Source: Archaeoglobus fulgidus DSM 4304
GTDB lineage: Archaea; Halobacteriota; Archaeoglobi; Archaeoglobales; Archaeoglobaceae
DNA length: 32,000 bases
Assembly (NCBI RefSeq): GCF_000008665.1
Contig: NC_000917.1
Location: 1,950,001 to 1,982,000, forward strand
Direction of reading: 5' to 3'
Shown here: one piece after another, positions 18,839 through 27,081 of the stretch
Layout of the letters: every line of letters begins with the position of its first letter
Numbering within the stretch: position 1 is the first letter of the stretch
Made by a program: the position numbers and the translations under genes
The notes under the pieces: model-generated
The model's database searches: none
What the model was told of the DNA's origin: nothing
The model's input: the letters and a program-made list of their open reading frames with translations, nothing else

Positions 18839-19393
18839 ATGCTTCTCAACGAGAAGGATTTCAAAAATGAAGGTGTGAAAATAGCAGCCCTCATCATGGC
18901 TGAATCGGCGAGAACGGCTCCTAAGTCCAAGGGTGAGGACACCATCGAAATCGTTTACGTTGACGGCGAGGAAATGGAGAAAATTGCTGCAAAAATGGAG
19001 GAAATGGCTGAAGGAGGGGATAAGGATTTTATCAGAGATGCTGAAAGCGTAAGAAAATCTCAGGCGATTTTGTTGATAGGGGCCAAGGGGGACAGAACGG
19101 TGGGTGTTAACTGCCAGGCATGCGGCTTTGAAAGCTGCTCCGAATTCAAGAAGGCTGATAGGAAGGGTGAGAACTTTGTGGGGCCTAACTGCGCCTTCAG
19201 AATGATTGACCTCGGCATCGCTCTCGGCTCGGCGGTGAAAGTTTCAGCGATGCTCGGGATTGACACGAGAATCATGTACAGAATTGGAATTGCGGCAAAG
19301 AAGCTTGGAATGATTGATGCGGACGTTGTGATGGGCGTTCCGCTGTCAGCACTGGGCAAGAGCCCCTACTTCGACAGAGCGCCCAAAAAATAA
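18839..19393 (+). CDS. DUF2148-type ferredoxin-domain protein
   Basis: ALIMAESARTAPKSKGEDTIE, ILLIGAKG...GVNCQACGFESCSEFKKA...GPNCAFRMIDLGIALGSAVKVSA pattern with four Cys. Confidence 0.8.
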   Translation: MLLNEKDFKNEGVKIAALIMAESARTAPKSKGEDTIEIVYVDGEEMEKIAAKMEEMAEGGDKDFIRDAESVRKSQAILLIGAKGDRTVGVNCQACGFESCSEFKKADRKGENFVGPNCAFRMIDLGIALGSAVKVSAMLGIDTRIMYRIGIAAKKLGMIDADVVMGVPLSALGKSPYFDRAPKK

Positions 19394-19397
19394 TTTT

Positions 19398-20084
19398 TCA
19401 AAACTTATCTGGAATTCCAGCATTGTAGAAAAGTCTCAGTGCCATTAACGCGACAATGAGCAGATGCACCAAAGTAAGAGCTTTGACCCCCTTGGTTGGA
19501 AATCGTGTTAGCATTGGCTCCTTTGAGATGATAAGAGTCATTAGCGGCATAATGGACATAGTGAGGAGTGGTAACAGGACTGCTCCTGTAAACTTGTCAG
19601 TGTAGCTGTCGGGTCGTCCGGTTATGTCGAAGTGTGTGGCAATAGATTTGGGCAAGTTATTCCAGAGGGCAAGAAGGAGAATAAGATACGCAGCTAACGA
19701 AATCAGCTGGATTAAAAGATGTCGCTCGACTTTTACAGGCTCAAGCTGTTTTTTGGCCTTTGCAGGCATTCGCAGGTCCTCCTTTTCATAGGCTTCCTTG
19801 CCCACTCTGTAGCTTAGAAATGCTACTGCAACGATTATAATTAGGAATACAATAAGAAAAACTTGATCGGGGAGGTTTAGCAGCATGTTCATTGCAATAA
19901 GCACCAATCCTGCCATAACGCAGAATATGCCAGCAAAGGTGTTTGCTTTTCTCCACGCTTCTTTTGAAAGGTAGGTGTATCCCATTCTTACTCCGACATA
20001 CGGATTAGGTCTGTTTCTGAGAGCATAGGTGAGCAGCCCTATAATTATCAGCAAAAAGGACAGAAAAGTTTTCAAATCTTCCAT
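19398..20084 (-). CDS. SdpI/DUF1648-like multi-pass membrane protein
   Basis: N-terminal NPYVGVRMGYTYLSKEAWRKANTFAG (SdpI-type motif) and C-terminal NNLPKSIATHFDITGRPDSYTDK (DUF1648-type motif), plus several hydrophobic segments. Confidence 0.8.
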   Translation of the reverse strand: MEDLKTFLSFLLIIIGLLTYALRNRPNPYVGVRMGYTYLSKEAWRKANTFAGIFCVMAGLVLIAMNMLLNLPDQVFLIVFLIIIVAVAFLSYRVGKEAYEKEDLRMPAKAKKQLEPVKVERHLLIQLISLAAYLILLLALWNNLPKSIATHFDITGRPDSYTDKFTGAVLLPLLTMSIMPLMTLIISKEPMLTRFPTKGVKALTLVHLLIVALMALRLFYNAGIPDKF

Positions 20085-20440
20085 TCTTTCACCTCCTCTA
20101 CTTTCTCAATTACGTTTCTTAAAATGCTAATTTCTCTTCTTAAATCCTTCAGAACAACTTTTCCGAGTTCTGTTAGTCTGTAGCATTTCCTTGGTCTCGT
20201 ATCCTCAACCCAGAAGCTCTCCACAAGACCCTGCTTTTGCAGACGCTTCAGAAGGTCGTACAGTGCACCCTCGGAGGGGACGAATTCTCCAGAACTCAGG
20301 TTTTCGAAAGATTTTCTTATGGCGTATCCGTGCATTTCACCGTTTTCCAGAATGTTCAGGACTGCATAGGAGTAGATACCCGACCTTATTTCTTTTCTTA
20401 GCCTCTTCAACACCTTTTCCCTGTTTCCCATAAACACCAC
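20072..20440 (-). CDS. PadR-family transcriptional regulator
   Basis: YAVLNILENGEMHGYAIRKSFENLSSGEFVPSEGALYDLLKRLQKQGLVESFWVEDTRPRKCYRLTELGKVVLKDL. Overlaps the SdpI-like gene; ATG 20429-20431 is a possible alternative start. Confidence 0.9.
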   Translation of the reverse strand: MVFMGNREKVLKRLRKEIRSGIYSYAVLNILENGEMHGYAIRKSFENLSSGEFVPSEGALYDLLKRLQKQGLVESFWVEDTRPRKCYRLTELGKVVLKDLRREISILRNVIEKVEEVKEWKI

Positions 20441-20442
20441 TA

Positions 20443-20460
20443 ACTACGATACATCGTAGT
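20443..20460. promoter_or_regulatory. Perfect 8-bp inverted repeat, candidate PadR operator
   Basis: ACTACGAT-AC-ATCGTAGT lies immediately upstream of the PadR start. Confidence 0.5.
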
Positions 20461-20480
20461 AAGTAGTATATGTAACTTTC

Positions 20481-20501
20481 GTATAACAATTGTATAACAA
20501 T
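20481..20501. repeat. Two copies of GTATAACAAT at 11-bp period in the divergent promoter
   Basis: GTATAACAAT T GTATAACAAT read directly at 20481-20490 and 20492-20501; AT-rich and possibly promoter elements. Confidence 0.6.
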
Positions 20502-20538
20502 CCTAACTTTTTTAGAGCTCCTCACACCTGTATTTTTC

Positions 20539-20619
20539 ATGCAGGCATACCGCTACGAGTGCAAAGCTGAGGGAGGGCTGACGCATTACGTTGCTCTGGA
20601 TGAGGAAACACCCTTTTAA
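20539..20619 (+). CDS. Candidate 26-aa precursor peptide for the downstream radical SAM enzyme
   Basis: ATG...TAA encodes MQAYRYECKAEGGLTHYVALDEETPF. It has a single Cys and ends 15 bp before the rSAM ATG; absent from the ORF track, probably because of its length. Confidence 0.55.
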   Translation: MQAYRYECKAEGGLTHYVALDEETPF

Positions 20620-20634
20620 TTTTTTGGTGGGACT

Positions 20635-21873
20635 ATGCTGAAAGAATTGGAGGTAAATGGTAAAAGGTTTTTCTTGGCTCCCGAATCCAACTTTTGGGCC
20701 ATAGGTGAGAGAGAGGAGGTGGAGAGGTTCTACAGAGAAAGAAAGGATGCTCTTCTGGAGGAAATGCAGAGATACCGATTTGAGGTTGACATCAGGACTG
20801 CTTACATCAACCCTACCGAGAGCTGCAACAGAAACTGTCCGTACTGCTACATCCCTGCCGAAATCAGAGAAAGGGGGACAAAGATGAGCTACGAAAAGCT
20901 TGAAGAGATCCTCACGGTGCTTGCCGAAAATGGTGTGGAGAGAGTCATTTTTCACGGAGCGGAGCCCTTAATGGTAAAGGATGAAATCTTCAGAGCAATG
21001 GAGGATTTCGATTTCAAGTACGGCATCCAGACTAACGCAACGCTGCTGGAGGAAGAAGACGCTGAGCTTCTCATGAAGAAGGGGGCAAGCGTTGGAATTT
21101 CCCTCGACAGCCCATACAAGGAGACGAACGATTATCTGAGGGGAAAGGGGCATTACGATGCTGTTATGAGGGCTCTCGACTTCTTTGATGGTTATAGGAG
21201 CTTAAATATTATAATGACGGTTAACAAGCACAACTTCCAGCATCTGCCTGCAATGGTTGACTTTCTCGCCGGAAAAGTTAGTGTGATGCTCGCAAATCCT
21301 GTAAGAGGGACAAGTCCGGGTGGAAGGGAGTTGAGACCGCCGGAAGGATTCGAAGATTACTACATCAAAGCCATTGATAGGGCGATCGAGAACACGAAGA
21401 GCGGTAGGAGGATAGTTATCGGCGATTTTGCCAACATTCTCCTCGGGCTGGTCGCACCCACGTCCAGAGTTCTGCAGTGCGACATTTCTCCCTGCGGCGG
21501 CGGGAGAAGGTTTTTCGCAGTAAGTGCGGACGGCATATACCCCTGCGGGGAGTTCATCGGTATGGAAGAGTTCAGAGCAAATCTTTCGGCCCTATCCGAC
21601 TGGAGCAGCTTGATTGAGAAGTTTGAGGTAGTCAGAAAGAGGACCGTTGAGCAAATTGAGGAGTGCAGGAATTGTGAGTTCAGAAATCTCTGCGGAGCCC
21701 CCTGTCCGGCGGAAATTTACGCCGAAAGTGGAACAATGCTCAGGAAAAGCCCATACTGTGAGTTCTACAAAAAACTTGCCCTGAAGGCCATGGACGTCAT
21801 AGCGAGGGGTGATGTAAGGAACGTTCTGAAGCTTGAAAGGATGAAGGCTATCTACAGGGTTGAAGATTTTTAA
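20635..21873 (+). CDS. Radical SAM/SPASM peptide-modifying enzyme-like protein
   Basis: ESCNRNCPYCY (CxxxCxxC), C-terminal SPASM-like ECRNCEFRNLCGAPCPAEIYAESG...SPYCEFYKK; GGTGGGAC upstream of the ATG as a possible ribosome-binding site. Confidence 0.88.
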   Translation: MLKELEVNGKRFFLAPESNFWAIGEREEVERFYRERKDALLEEMQRYRFEVDIRTAYINPTESCNRNCPYCYIPAEIRERGTKMSYEKLEEILTVLAENGVERVIFHGAEPLMVKDEIFRAMEDFDFKYGIQTNATLLEEEDAELLMKKGASVGISLDSPYKETNDYLRGKGHYDAVMRALDFFDGYRSLNIIMTVNKHNFQHLPAMVDFLAGKVSVMLANPVRGTSPGGRELRPPEGFEDYYIKAIDRAIENTKSGRRIVIGDFANILLGLVAPTSRVLQCDISPCGGGRRFFAVSADGIYPCGEFIGMEEFRANLSALSDWSSLIEKFEVVRKRTVEQIEECRNCEFRNLCGAPCPAEIYAESGTMLRKSPYCEFYKKLALKAMDVIARGDVRNVLKLERMKAIYRVEDF

Positions 21874-21910
21874 GCGTTAAATTTTTAACTGAAAATAATC
21901 AAAATTTTTT

Positions 21911-23437
21911 GTGAGGAAAAGGTATGCTGCCCTGGCAATTGTCCTTGCGCTGATTTTGTCTCTGGCCCTACCAGAACTGCTTTTCCAGCTCTATCCCTCT
22001 TCTGCTGTACTTAATGTGGATAAGCTCTTAAATCCCCCACCTGAGAACCCAAATCCCTTCGCTGCGGAGCCTCCAGCCAACAAATACCTCGATTCGGTGT
22101 GGGCTGAGAGCCACAGAAACAGCTACTGTCAGGCAAGCTCCCCATTCGAAGCTCCAAGGTTTCCGGAAAAGCTGAGATTTGAGTACCTCACCCTCCGCGA
22201 TCTCCCCATAACAATAGCGTTCTCCGAGCCCTACGAAGACGGCAAGAGGGTTGCGTGGGTCTCAACAGTTGGCTTTACCGGCAAGATAGCCAAGATAGAC
22301 CTCGAAAACTTCAGCTTGATAGATGAAATCACTCCTGAAGGGCACAGAATGGGCATAAGCGGCGCCTATAGCGTTCTCGCGAATCGCACCTTCTTCGTTC
22401 CAAAGCTGAACAGGATATACGCTTACGGTGATAACGGCAGACTTTCCAGAATCGAGCTGAAGGGTGTCTTTGAGCTACCTGAAGTGTGCAGCGGAGAGGA
22501 GATAGTTGGAATAACGCTTACCTACGACGGAATGATAGCCTTTGCAACGAACTTCGGCAGGGTTGGTGTAGTATCGCCCAACTTTGGCGATTACGCCCTT
22601 TACCCAATAAACCAAAACTGCGAGATTGCCGAGACGATTTCCAACTCCATAGCCGCAGATGAGAGCGGTGGGATATACGTCGTGACAGATAAGGCGGTGT
22701 ACAGAATAAACTGGGACGGCAAGAGTTTGAGACTCGGCTGGAGGGCCGAATACCAGACTGGGGAGCAGAGGGGAGGGAGGCTCGGAAAGGGCTCCGGCTC
22801 CACCCCATCGCTTATGAACTGCGGCGAGGACAGGTTTGTGGTTATAACAGATGGACAGAGGCTCATGCACATGGTTCTTTTCTGGAGGGATGAGATTCCA
22901 GAAGACTGGAAAGGGATTGAGGGAAGAGACAGGAGGATTGCTGCTGAAGTCCCCGTAACATTCGGCTTTGAGAAGGATGAGAGCTACTCCGAGCAGTCGG
23001 TGCTTGTTAGAAACTGCTCTGCAGCGATAACAAACAACAGGCTTGGCTTGAGGTTGCTCGACCTCCTGCCAGAAAGGCTTCAACCATTCTCTATGCTCCT
23101 CTCTAACGTCCCAGGAATCGCTCCTTACGGAGTTGAGAAGTTCGAGTGGGATGCTGAGAAAAGAGCACTCAGAAGCGTGTGGGCGAGCAACGTGAGCATT
23201 CCAAACGCCATACCGACAATGAGTGACAAAACGAATCTCCTCTACGCCATAGGCCAGAGAGGTGGATTCTGGACTCTCGAAGCTGTGAACTGGGAAAGCG
23301 GTGAGGCTGTGTGGTATGCGCGAATCTCTCCCCTCCCTGCTCACAACAGCTTTTACGCTGCAACTGAAATCGGCCCGGATGGCTGCATCTATACGGGCAT
23401 GCTCTGGGGTGTGGCGAGGCTCTGCAACGCGGATTAA
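21911..23437 (+). CDS. Secreted/membrane-anchored beta-propeller-like protein
   Basis: Signal-anchor MRKRYAALAIVLALILSLALPELLF and repeated propeller-like blades (GRLSRIELKGVFELPE, DGMIAFATNFGRVGVVSP, GGIYVVTDKAVYRINWDGKSL, GCIYTGMLWGVARL). GTG start. Confidence 0.65.
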   Translation: MRKRYAALAIVLALILSLALPELLFQLYPSSAVLNVDKLLNPPPENPNPFAAEPPANKYLDSVWAESHRNSYCQASSPFEAPRFPEKLRFEYLTLRDLPITIAFSEPYEDGKRVAWVSTVGFTGKIAKIDLENFSLIDEITPEGHRMGISGAYSVLANRTFFVPKLNRIYAYGDNGRLSRIELKGVFELPEVCSGEEIVGITLTYDGMIAFATNFGRVGVVSPNFGDYALYPINQNCEIAETISNSIAADESGGIYVVTDKAVYRINWDGKSLRLGWRAEYQTGEQRGGRLGKGSGSTPSLMNCGEDRFVVITDGQRLMHMVLFWRDEIPEDWKGIEGRDRRIAAEVPVTFGFEKDESYSEQSVLVRNCSAAITNNRLGLRLLDLLPERLQPFSMLLSNVPGIAPYGVEKFEWDAEKRALRSVWASNVSIPNAIPTMSDKTNLLYAIGQRGGFWTLEAVNWESGEAVWYARISPLPAHNSFYAATEIGPDGCIYTGMLWGVARLCNAD

Positions 23438-23480
23438 GTGGAAAAAAGGTTAATAAGTCCCTAACACTCAATTATATACC

Positions 23481-23927
23481 GTGAAGGTCGCACTTGGTGG
23501 AACCTTCGAGCCGTTGCACGAGGGGCACAAAAAGCTGATTGACGTGGCGATAAAGCTTGGAGGAAGGGACATAACCATAGGCGTTACCAGCGACAGAATG
23601 GCGAGAGCGAGAATCAGGAGCGTCCTACCCTTTGCCATAAGAGCGGAGAACGTGAAAAGGTACGTCATGAGAAAATACGGGTTCGAGCCGGAAATTGTTA
23701 AGATAACCAACCCCTACGGAAAAACGCTCGATGTTGACTTCGAGTACCTCGTTGTATCGCCAGAAACCTACGAGATGGCTTTGAAGATTAACCAGAAGAG
23801 GGAAGAGCTCGGAAAGAGAAAGATAACCATAGTAAAGGTTGACTGGATGATGGCAGAAGACGGGAAGCCCATTTCTTCAACAAGAATAAAGAGGGGCGAG
23901 ATAGACAGGTACGGCGGGATTATCTAA
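23481..23927 (+). CDS. coaD: Archaeal phosphopantetheine adenylyltransferase
   Basis: MKVALGGTFEPLHEGHKKLIDVAIKLG nucleotidyltransferase motif and ISSTRIKRGEID. Confidence 0.9.
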   Translation: MKVALGGTFEPLHEGHKKLIDVAIKLGGRDITIGVTSDRMARARIRSVLPFAIRAENVKRYVMRKYGFEPEIVKITNPYGKTLDVDFEYLVVSPETYEMALKINQKREELGKRKITIVKVDWMMAEDGKPISSTRIKRGEIDRYGGII

Positions 23928-23928
23928 G

Positions 23929-24238
23929 CTGAGGTTTCCAGAAGGAAAAGCTCGTCGAGCGTGTTAAGGAAAAGGGCTTCGTAAAGCTCAGGCTGCATTT
24001 CCAGTACAACTTTCCCCCTAGTGAGCACATAATGTCTAAACTTGGCTGGCAGAAGGATACAACATCAACGGGGAGAGAAAGCTCATCCTCAAGCCTCACT
24101 CCGAGCCTTAGATAGAATTTGAGGCTTTTGTTTGTTGAGTAACGTGATAATGTTGTATCTCACCGCAAGCCTTTCAACCTTGCTCATGCTTTCAAAATCC
24201 TTTGAAGTTATCTCTCTGATGGACTCAATGGAGTCGTA
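23929..24238 (-). pseudogene. Decayed HepT (DUF86)/MNT nucleotidyltransferase pair remnant
   Basis: Three-frame translation gives YDSIESIREITSKDFESMSKVERLAVRYNIITLL (HepT-like), SLKFYLRLGVRLEDELSLPVDVVSF and LLPAKFRHYVLTRGKVVLEMQPELYEALFLNTLDELFLLETS (MNT-like). Confidence 0.5.
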
Positions 24239-24373
24239 AATGTTCCTTTATCAGCCTCTTAACGAAATTCCGGTTTATTACAAAGTTAAATCACTTCAAT
24301 CTTTAAAAATTTTCCAGCTTGCAAAAATAAAAAGATTTAAATCGCTTCTACCAAACAAAAAGCAGGTGATAGT

Positions 24374-25267
24374 ATGAAAGTGAATGGTGTTGAGGTTGAG
24401 GAGACTTTTGCTGAGGCCTTCGATATAAAAATTGCGAGGGTTTTGATAACGGGCTACGACTATTACTGGGCCTGGGTTGCTGCCAACGAGGCTACGGGGT
24501 TTGGCACCTCGGTAATTATGTGCCCTGCCGAGGCTGGAATCGAGATTAAGGCCAAGCCCTCAGAAACTCCCGATGGGAGGCCGGGATACTACATCCAGAT
24601 CTGCCACATGAGCAAGAAGGGGCTTGAGGAGCAGCTTCTGGCCAGACTCGGCCAGTGTGTGCTTACGGCTCCAACTACGGCAGTGTTTAACGGTTTGCCA
24701 GACGCTGAAGAGAAGTTCGACACCGGCTTCAAGCTGAAGTTCTTCGCCGATGGCTACGAGAAGGAAGTTGAGGTTGGAGGAAGGAAGTGCTGGGCCGTGC
24801 CAATGATGGAAGGAGACTTCATAATCGAGAACGACATCGGCTACACAAACGGAATTGCTGGAGGAAACTTCTTCATTATGGCCGAAACGCAGCCATCAGC
24901 CCTTGCTGCCGCAAAAGCTGCTGTTGATGCGATTAGCGACGTTGAGGGCGTAATCACTCCGTTCCCTGGTGGAATCGTCGCCTCTGGCTCGAAGGTTGGG
25001 GCCAACAAGTACAAGTTCCTGAAAGCATCAACCAATGAGAAATTCGCTCCGAGCATCAGAGACCAGGTCGAGGGAACGCAGATTCCTGAGGGAGTTAAGG
25101 CGGTTTACGAGATTGTCATCAACGGTCTCAACGCTGATGCAATAAAGGAGGCCACGAGAGTCGGAATACTCGCTGCTACAAAGATTCCGGGAGTCGTGAA
25201 GATTACTGCCGGCAATTACGGTGGGAAGCTCGGAAAGCACATCATAAACCTGAACGAGCTCTTCTAA
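24374..25267 (+). CDS. ftr: Formylmethanofuran:tetrahydromethanopterin formyltransferase
   Basis: MKVNGVEVEETFAEAFDIKIARVLIT, ATGFGTSVIMCPAEAGIE, ETPDGRPGYYI, NGIAGGNFFIMAETQPSAL, FPGGIVASGSKVG. Confidence 0.96.
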   Translation: MKVNGVEVEETFAEAFDIKIARVLITGYDYYWAWVAANEATGFGTSVIMCPAEAGIEIKAKPSETPDGRPGYYIQICHMSKKGLEEQLLARLGQCVLTAPTTAVFNGLPDAEEKFDTGFKLKFFADGYEKEVEVGGRKCWAVPMMEGDFIIENDIGYTNGIAGGNFFIMAETQPSALAAAKAAVDAISDVEGVITPFPGGIVASGSKVGANKYKFLKASTNEKFAPSIRDQVEGTQIPEGVKAVYEIVINGLNADAIKEATRVGILAATKIPGVVKITAGNYGGKLGKHIINLNELF

Positions 25268-25279
25268 ATTTTTATTTTT

Positions 25280-26011
25280 ATGAAAACTATTCTAACAATC
25301 TCTGGCCTCGACCCGTCTGGTGGGGCTGGTGTTAGCGCCGACATAAAGACTGCTAAGGCAATTGGCCTTTATCCCGCTTCAGTAATCACTTCTCTGACCG
25401 TTCAGAACACATGTGGTGTAAAGGCGGCTATTCCCGTGGAGGCGGAGGTTATCAGGGAACAGCTCAGAGCGGTCATTGAGGATATGAAAATCGACTGCAT
25501 CAAAATCGGCCTGATCACATCTGTCGAGATTGCTAAGGTTTTGGCTGCTGAGCTTGTTCCTCTTAACGCCCCCAAGGTACTCGACCCCGTAATTTTTGCC
25601 GGTGCGGGCGGTAAAATAGGCGATGAGGAAGCTTACAAAATGATCCTGAAGCATGTTGATATCGTCACACCAAACCTAACGGAAGCCATAACGCTGCTGG
25701 AATCAACCAAGGAGGCAAGAGAGCTCGCTCTGGAAATGAACAAAAAGTATGGCTGCGATGTCGTGATTACCGGTGGAGAGCTTGGGGGAAAGGATGTTGT
25801 CTGCGAGGCGGGCAGAACATACACCGTCTCAGCAGAATTCTCACCCGTAAACATCCACGGCACGGGCTGCGTTTACAGCACCGCCCTCGCCTGCTATCTC
25901 GGCTTGGGAAATTCGCTGGAAAATGCTGTCAGAAAGGCAAGAATTTTTGTTCTTGAGAGTGTAAAAAAGGCTTTGAGGCCAGGAAGCTGTTTCCCTGTCG
26001 TCAATCCTTAG
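25280..26011 (+). CDS. thiD: Hydroxymethylpyrimidine/phosphomethylpyrimidine kinase
   Basis: TILTISGLDPSGGAGVSADIKTAKAIGLYPASVITSLTVQNT, DPVIFAGAGGKIGDEEAY, NIHGTGCVYSTALA. Confidence 0.95.
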   Translation: MKTILTISGLDPSGGAGVSADIKTAKAIGLYPASVITSLTVQNTCGVKAAIPVEAEVIREQLRAVIEDMKIDCIKIGLITSVEIAKVLAAELVPLNAPKVLDPVIFAGAGGKIGDEEAYKMILKHVDIVTPNLTEAITLLESTKEARELALEMNKKYGCDVVITGGELGGKDVVCEAGRTYTVSAEFSPVNIHGTGCVYSTALACYLGLGNSLENAVRKARIFVLESVKKALRPGSCFPVVNP

Positions 26012-26772
26012 AACAAGATCCTCTCTAAGTCGTCCCCTCCGTAGAAGATTTCCTGAATTGCATCGTATATGTCCTCCATTCCGTAGCCCGTAAGCGCTGA
26101 TGCCGGAATGAGCGGTCTGAACAGCCCAGCTTCCTTCAGCAGGAGAAAGAGCTCAAGGTTCAGCGTTTTCCGCTCCAGATTAAGGCTATCGTAGAGGGTT
26201 TCAGGGTCCTCGCTCCATTCCACAATCCTCTCAAGCTCCCTCTCCGAAAGAATATCCGATTTAGACAGAACGAGCACCTGCGGTATTTCAAGCCTGAATA
26301 CGGCCGAAGACGCCATGAACAGCATTGAGAGAAATCCGGATGGTGTTTTGGACACAACGGGGTCGAAAAGATAGACCATAACGCTTCTTTCGGGGTTGAG
26401 AGCGTTTACGAGTACTCTGCTGCTCTCCCTGAGCGTGAAAAGCTCCAGCTGGCCGGGAGTATCTATCAGAACGTATTCTGACGAGGAGAGCTGAATTTCA
26501 TCTCTAATGTCATCGATAAGGGTTGACACGAGGTCTGCTCCAATTATCTGCGCTCCGTTAGGCCCAACGTTGTACCTCCCCATGATATCCTCAAGCGTGA
26601 ACCACTCCCTGACGTCGATGTCTGCAGAGTACGGGAGGAAGTCCGCGCCGGGGTCGAGGTTTACGGTCAGGTAATCCAGCTTCTTCAGGTCAAACCAGTC
26701 TGCAAGAGCCTTCGTCATGTAGGTTTTTCCAGAACCAGCTGTGCCGGTGAAGTATACGAAAATCTGCTCCAT
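26008..26772 (-). CDS. GPN-loop GTPase
   Basis: FTGTAGSGKTYMTKALADW P-loop, NLDPGADFLPY (GPN-type variant region), VLIDTPGQLELF, LVLSKSD. Confidence 0.9.
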   Translation of the reverse strand: MEQIFVYFTGTAGSGKTYMTKALADWFDLKKLDYLTVNLDPGADFLPYSADIDVREWFTLEDIMGRYNVGPNGAQIIGADLVSTLIDDIRDEIQLSSSEYVLIDTPGQLELFTLRESSRVLVNALNPERSVMVYLFDPVVSKTPSGFLSMLFMASSAVFRLEIPQVLVLSKSDILSERELERIVEWSEDPETLYDSLNLERKTLNLELFLLLKEAGLFRPLIPASALTGYGMEDIYDAIQEIFYGGDDLERILF

Positions 26773-26779
26773 GAAAAAA

Positions 26780-27016
26780 CTAAGGGTTGGGGTTCAAAAC
26801 CTCTACTCTGTACTTGGTTTTCAGCCCCTGAACGTATCTTTTGGCATCCACAACAAAGGGGCAGTAACTCGGACAGCCTGCCCCCTTAACCCCCTGAATG
26901 CGGCAGTTTGTGCTGTTAGTGCAGTCAACAACCTCTATCTTGCTTTCGTTAACGTAGATGACTGCGGTGTGTCTCCTGTTTTTCACCTGGAGGATCGTGC
27001 TTTCGACAGTAACCAT
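26780..27016 (-). CDS. Small Cys-containing protein of unknown function
   Basis: MVTVESTILQVKNRRHTAVIYVNESKIEVVDCTNSTNCRIQGVKGAGCPSYCPFVVDAKRYVQGL..., with Cx5C and Cx3C-like spacing. Confidence 0.55.
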   Translation of the reverse strand: MVTVESTILQVKNRRHTAVIYVNESKIEVVDCTNSTNCRIQGVKGAGCPSYCPFVVDAKRYVQGLKTKYRVEVLNPNP

Positions 27017-27081
27017 CATTTTAATCATGTCTAATTACCGCATAAAAAGTTTTCCATTTTTCGTATTCTACGTAAAAAAGT

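Noticed and set aside
20512-20955. 147-aa minus-strand ORF covering the peptide/rSAM start
   Set aside because: Antisense to the strongly supported radical SAM N-terminus and its CxxxCxxC motif; composition typical of a shadow ORF.
22475-23344. 289-aa minus-strand ORF antisense to the propeller protein
   Set aside because: Low-complexity, Ser/Pro/Cys-rich shadow of a GC-rich coding strand; the plus-strand ORF has a signal peptide and propeller repeats. Other long ORFs antisense to sucC, leuC, ftr, thiD and mutase were discarded for the same reason.
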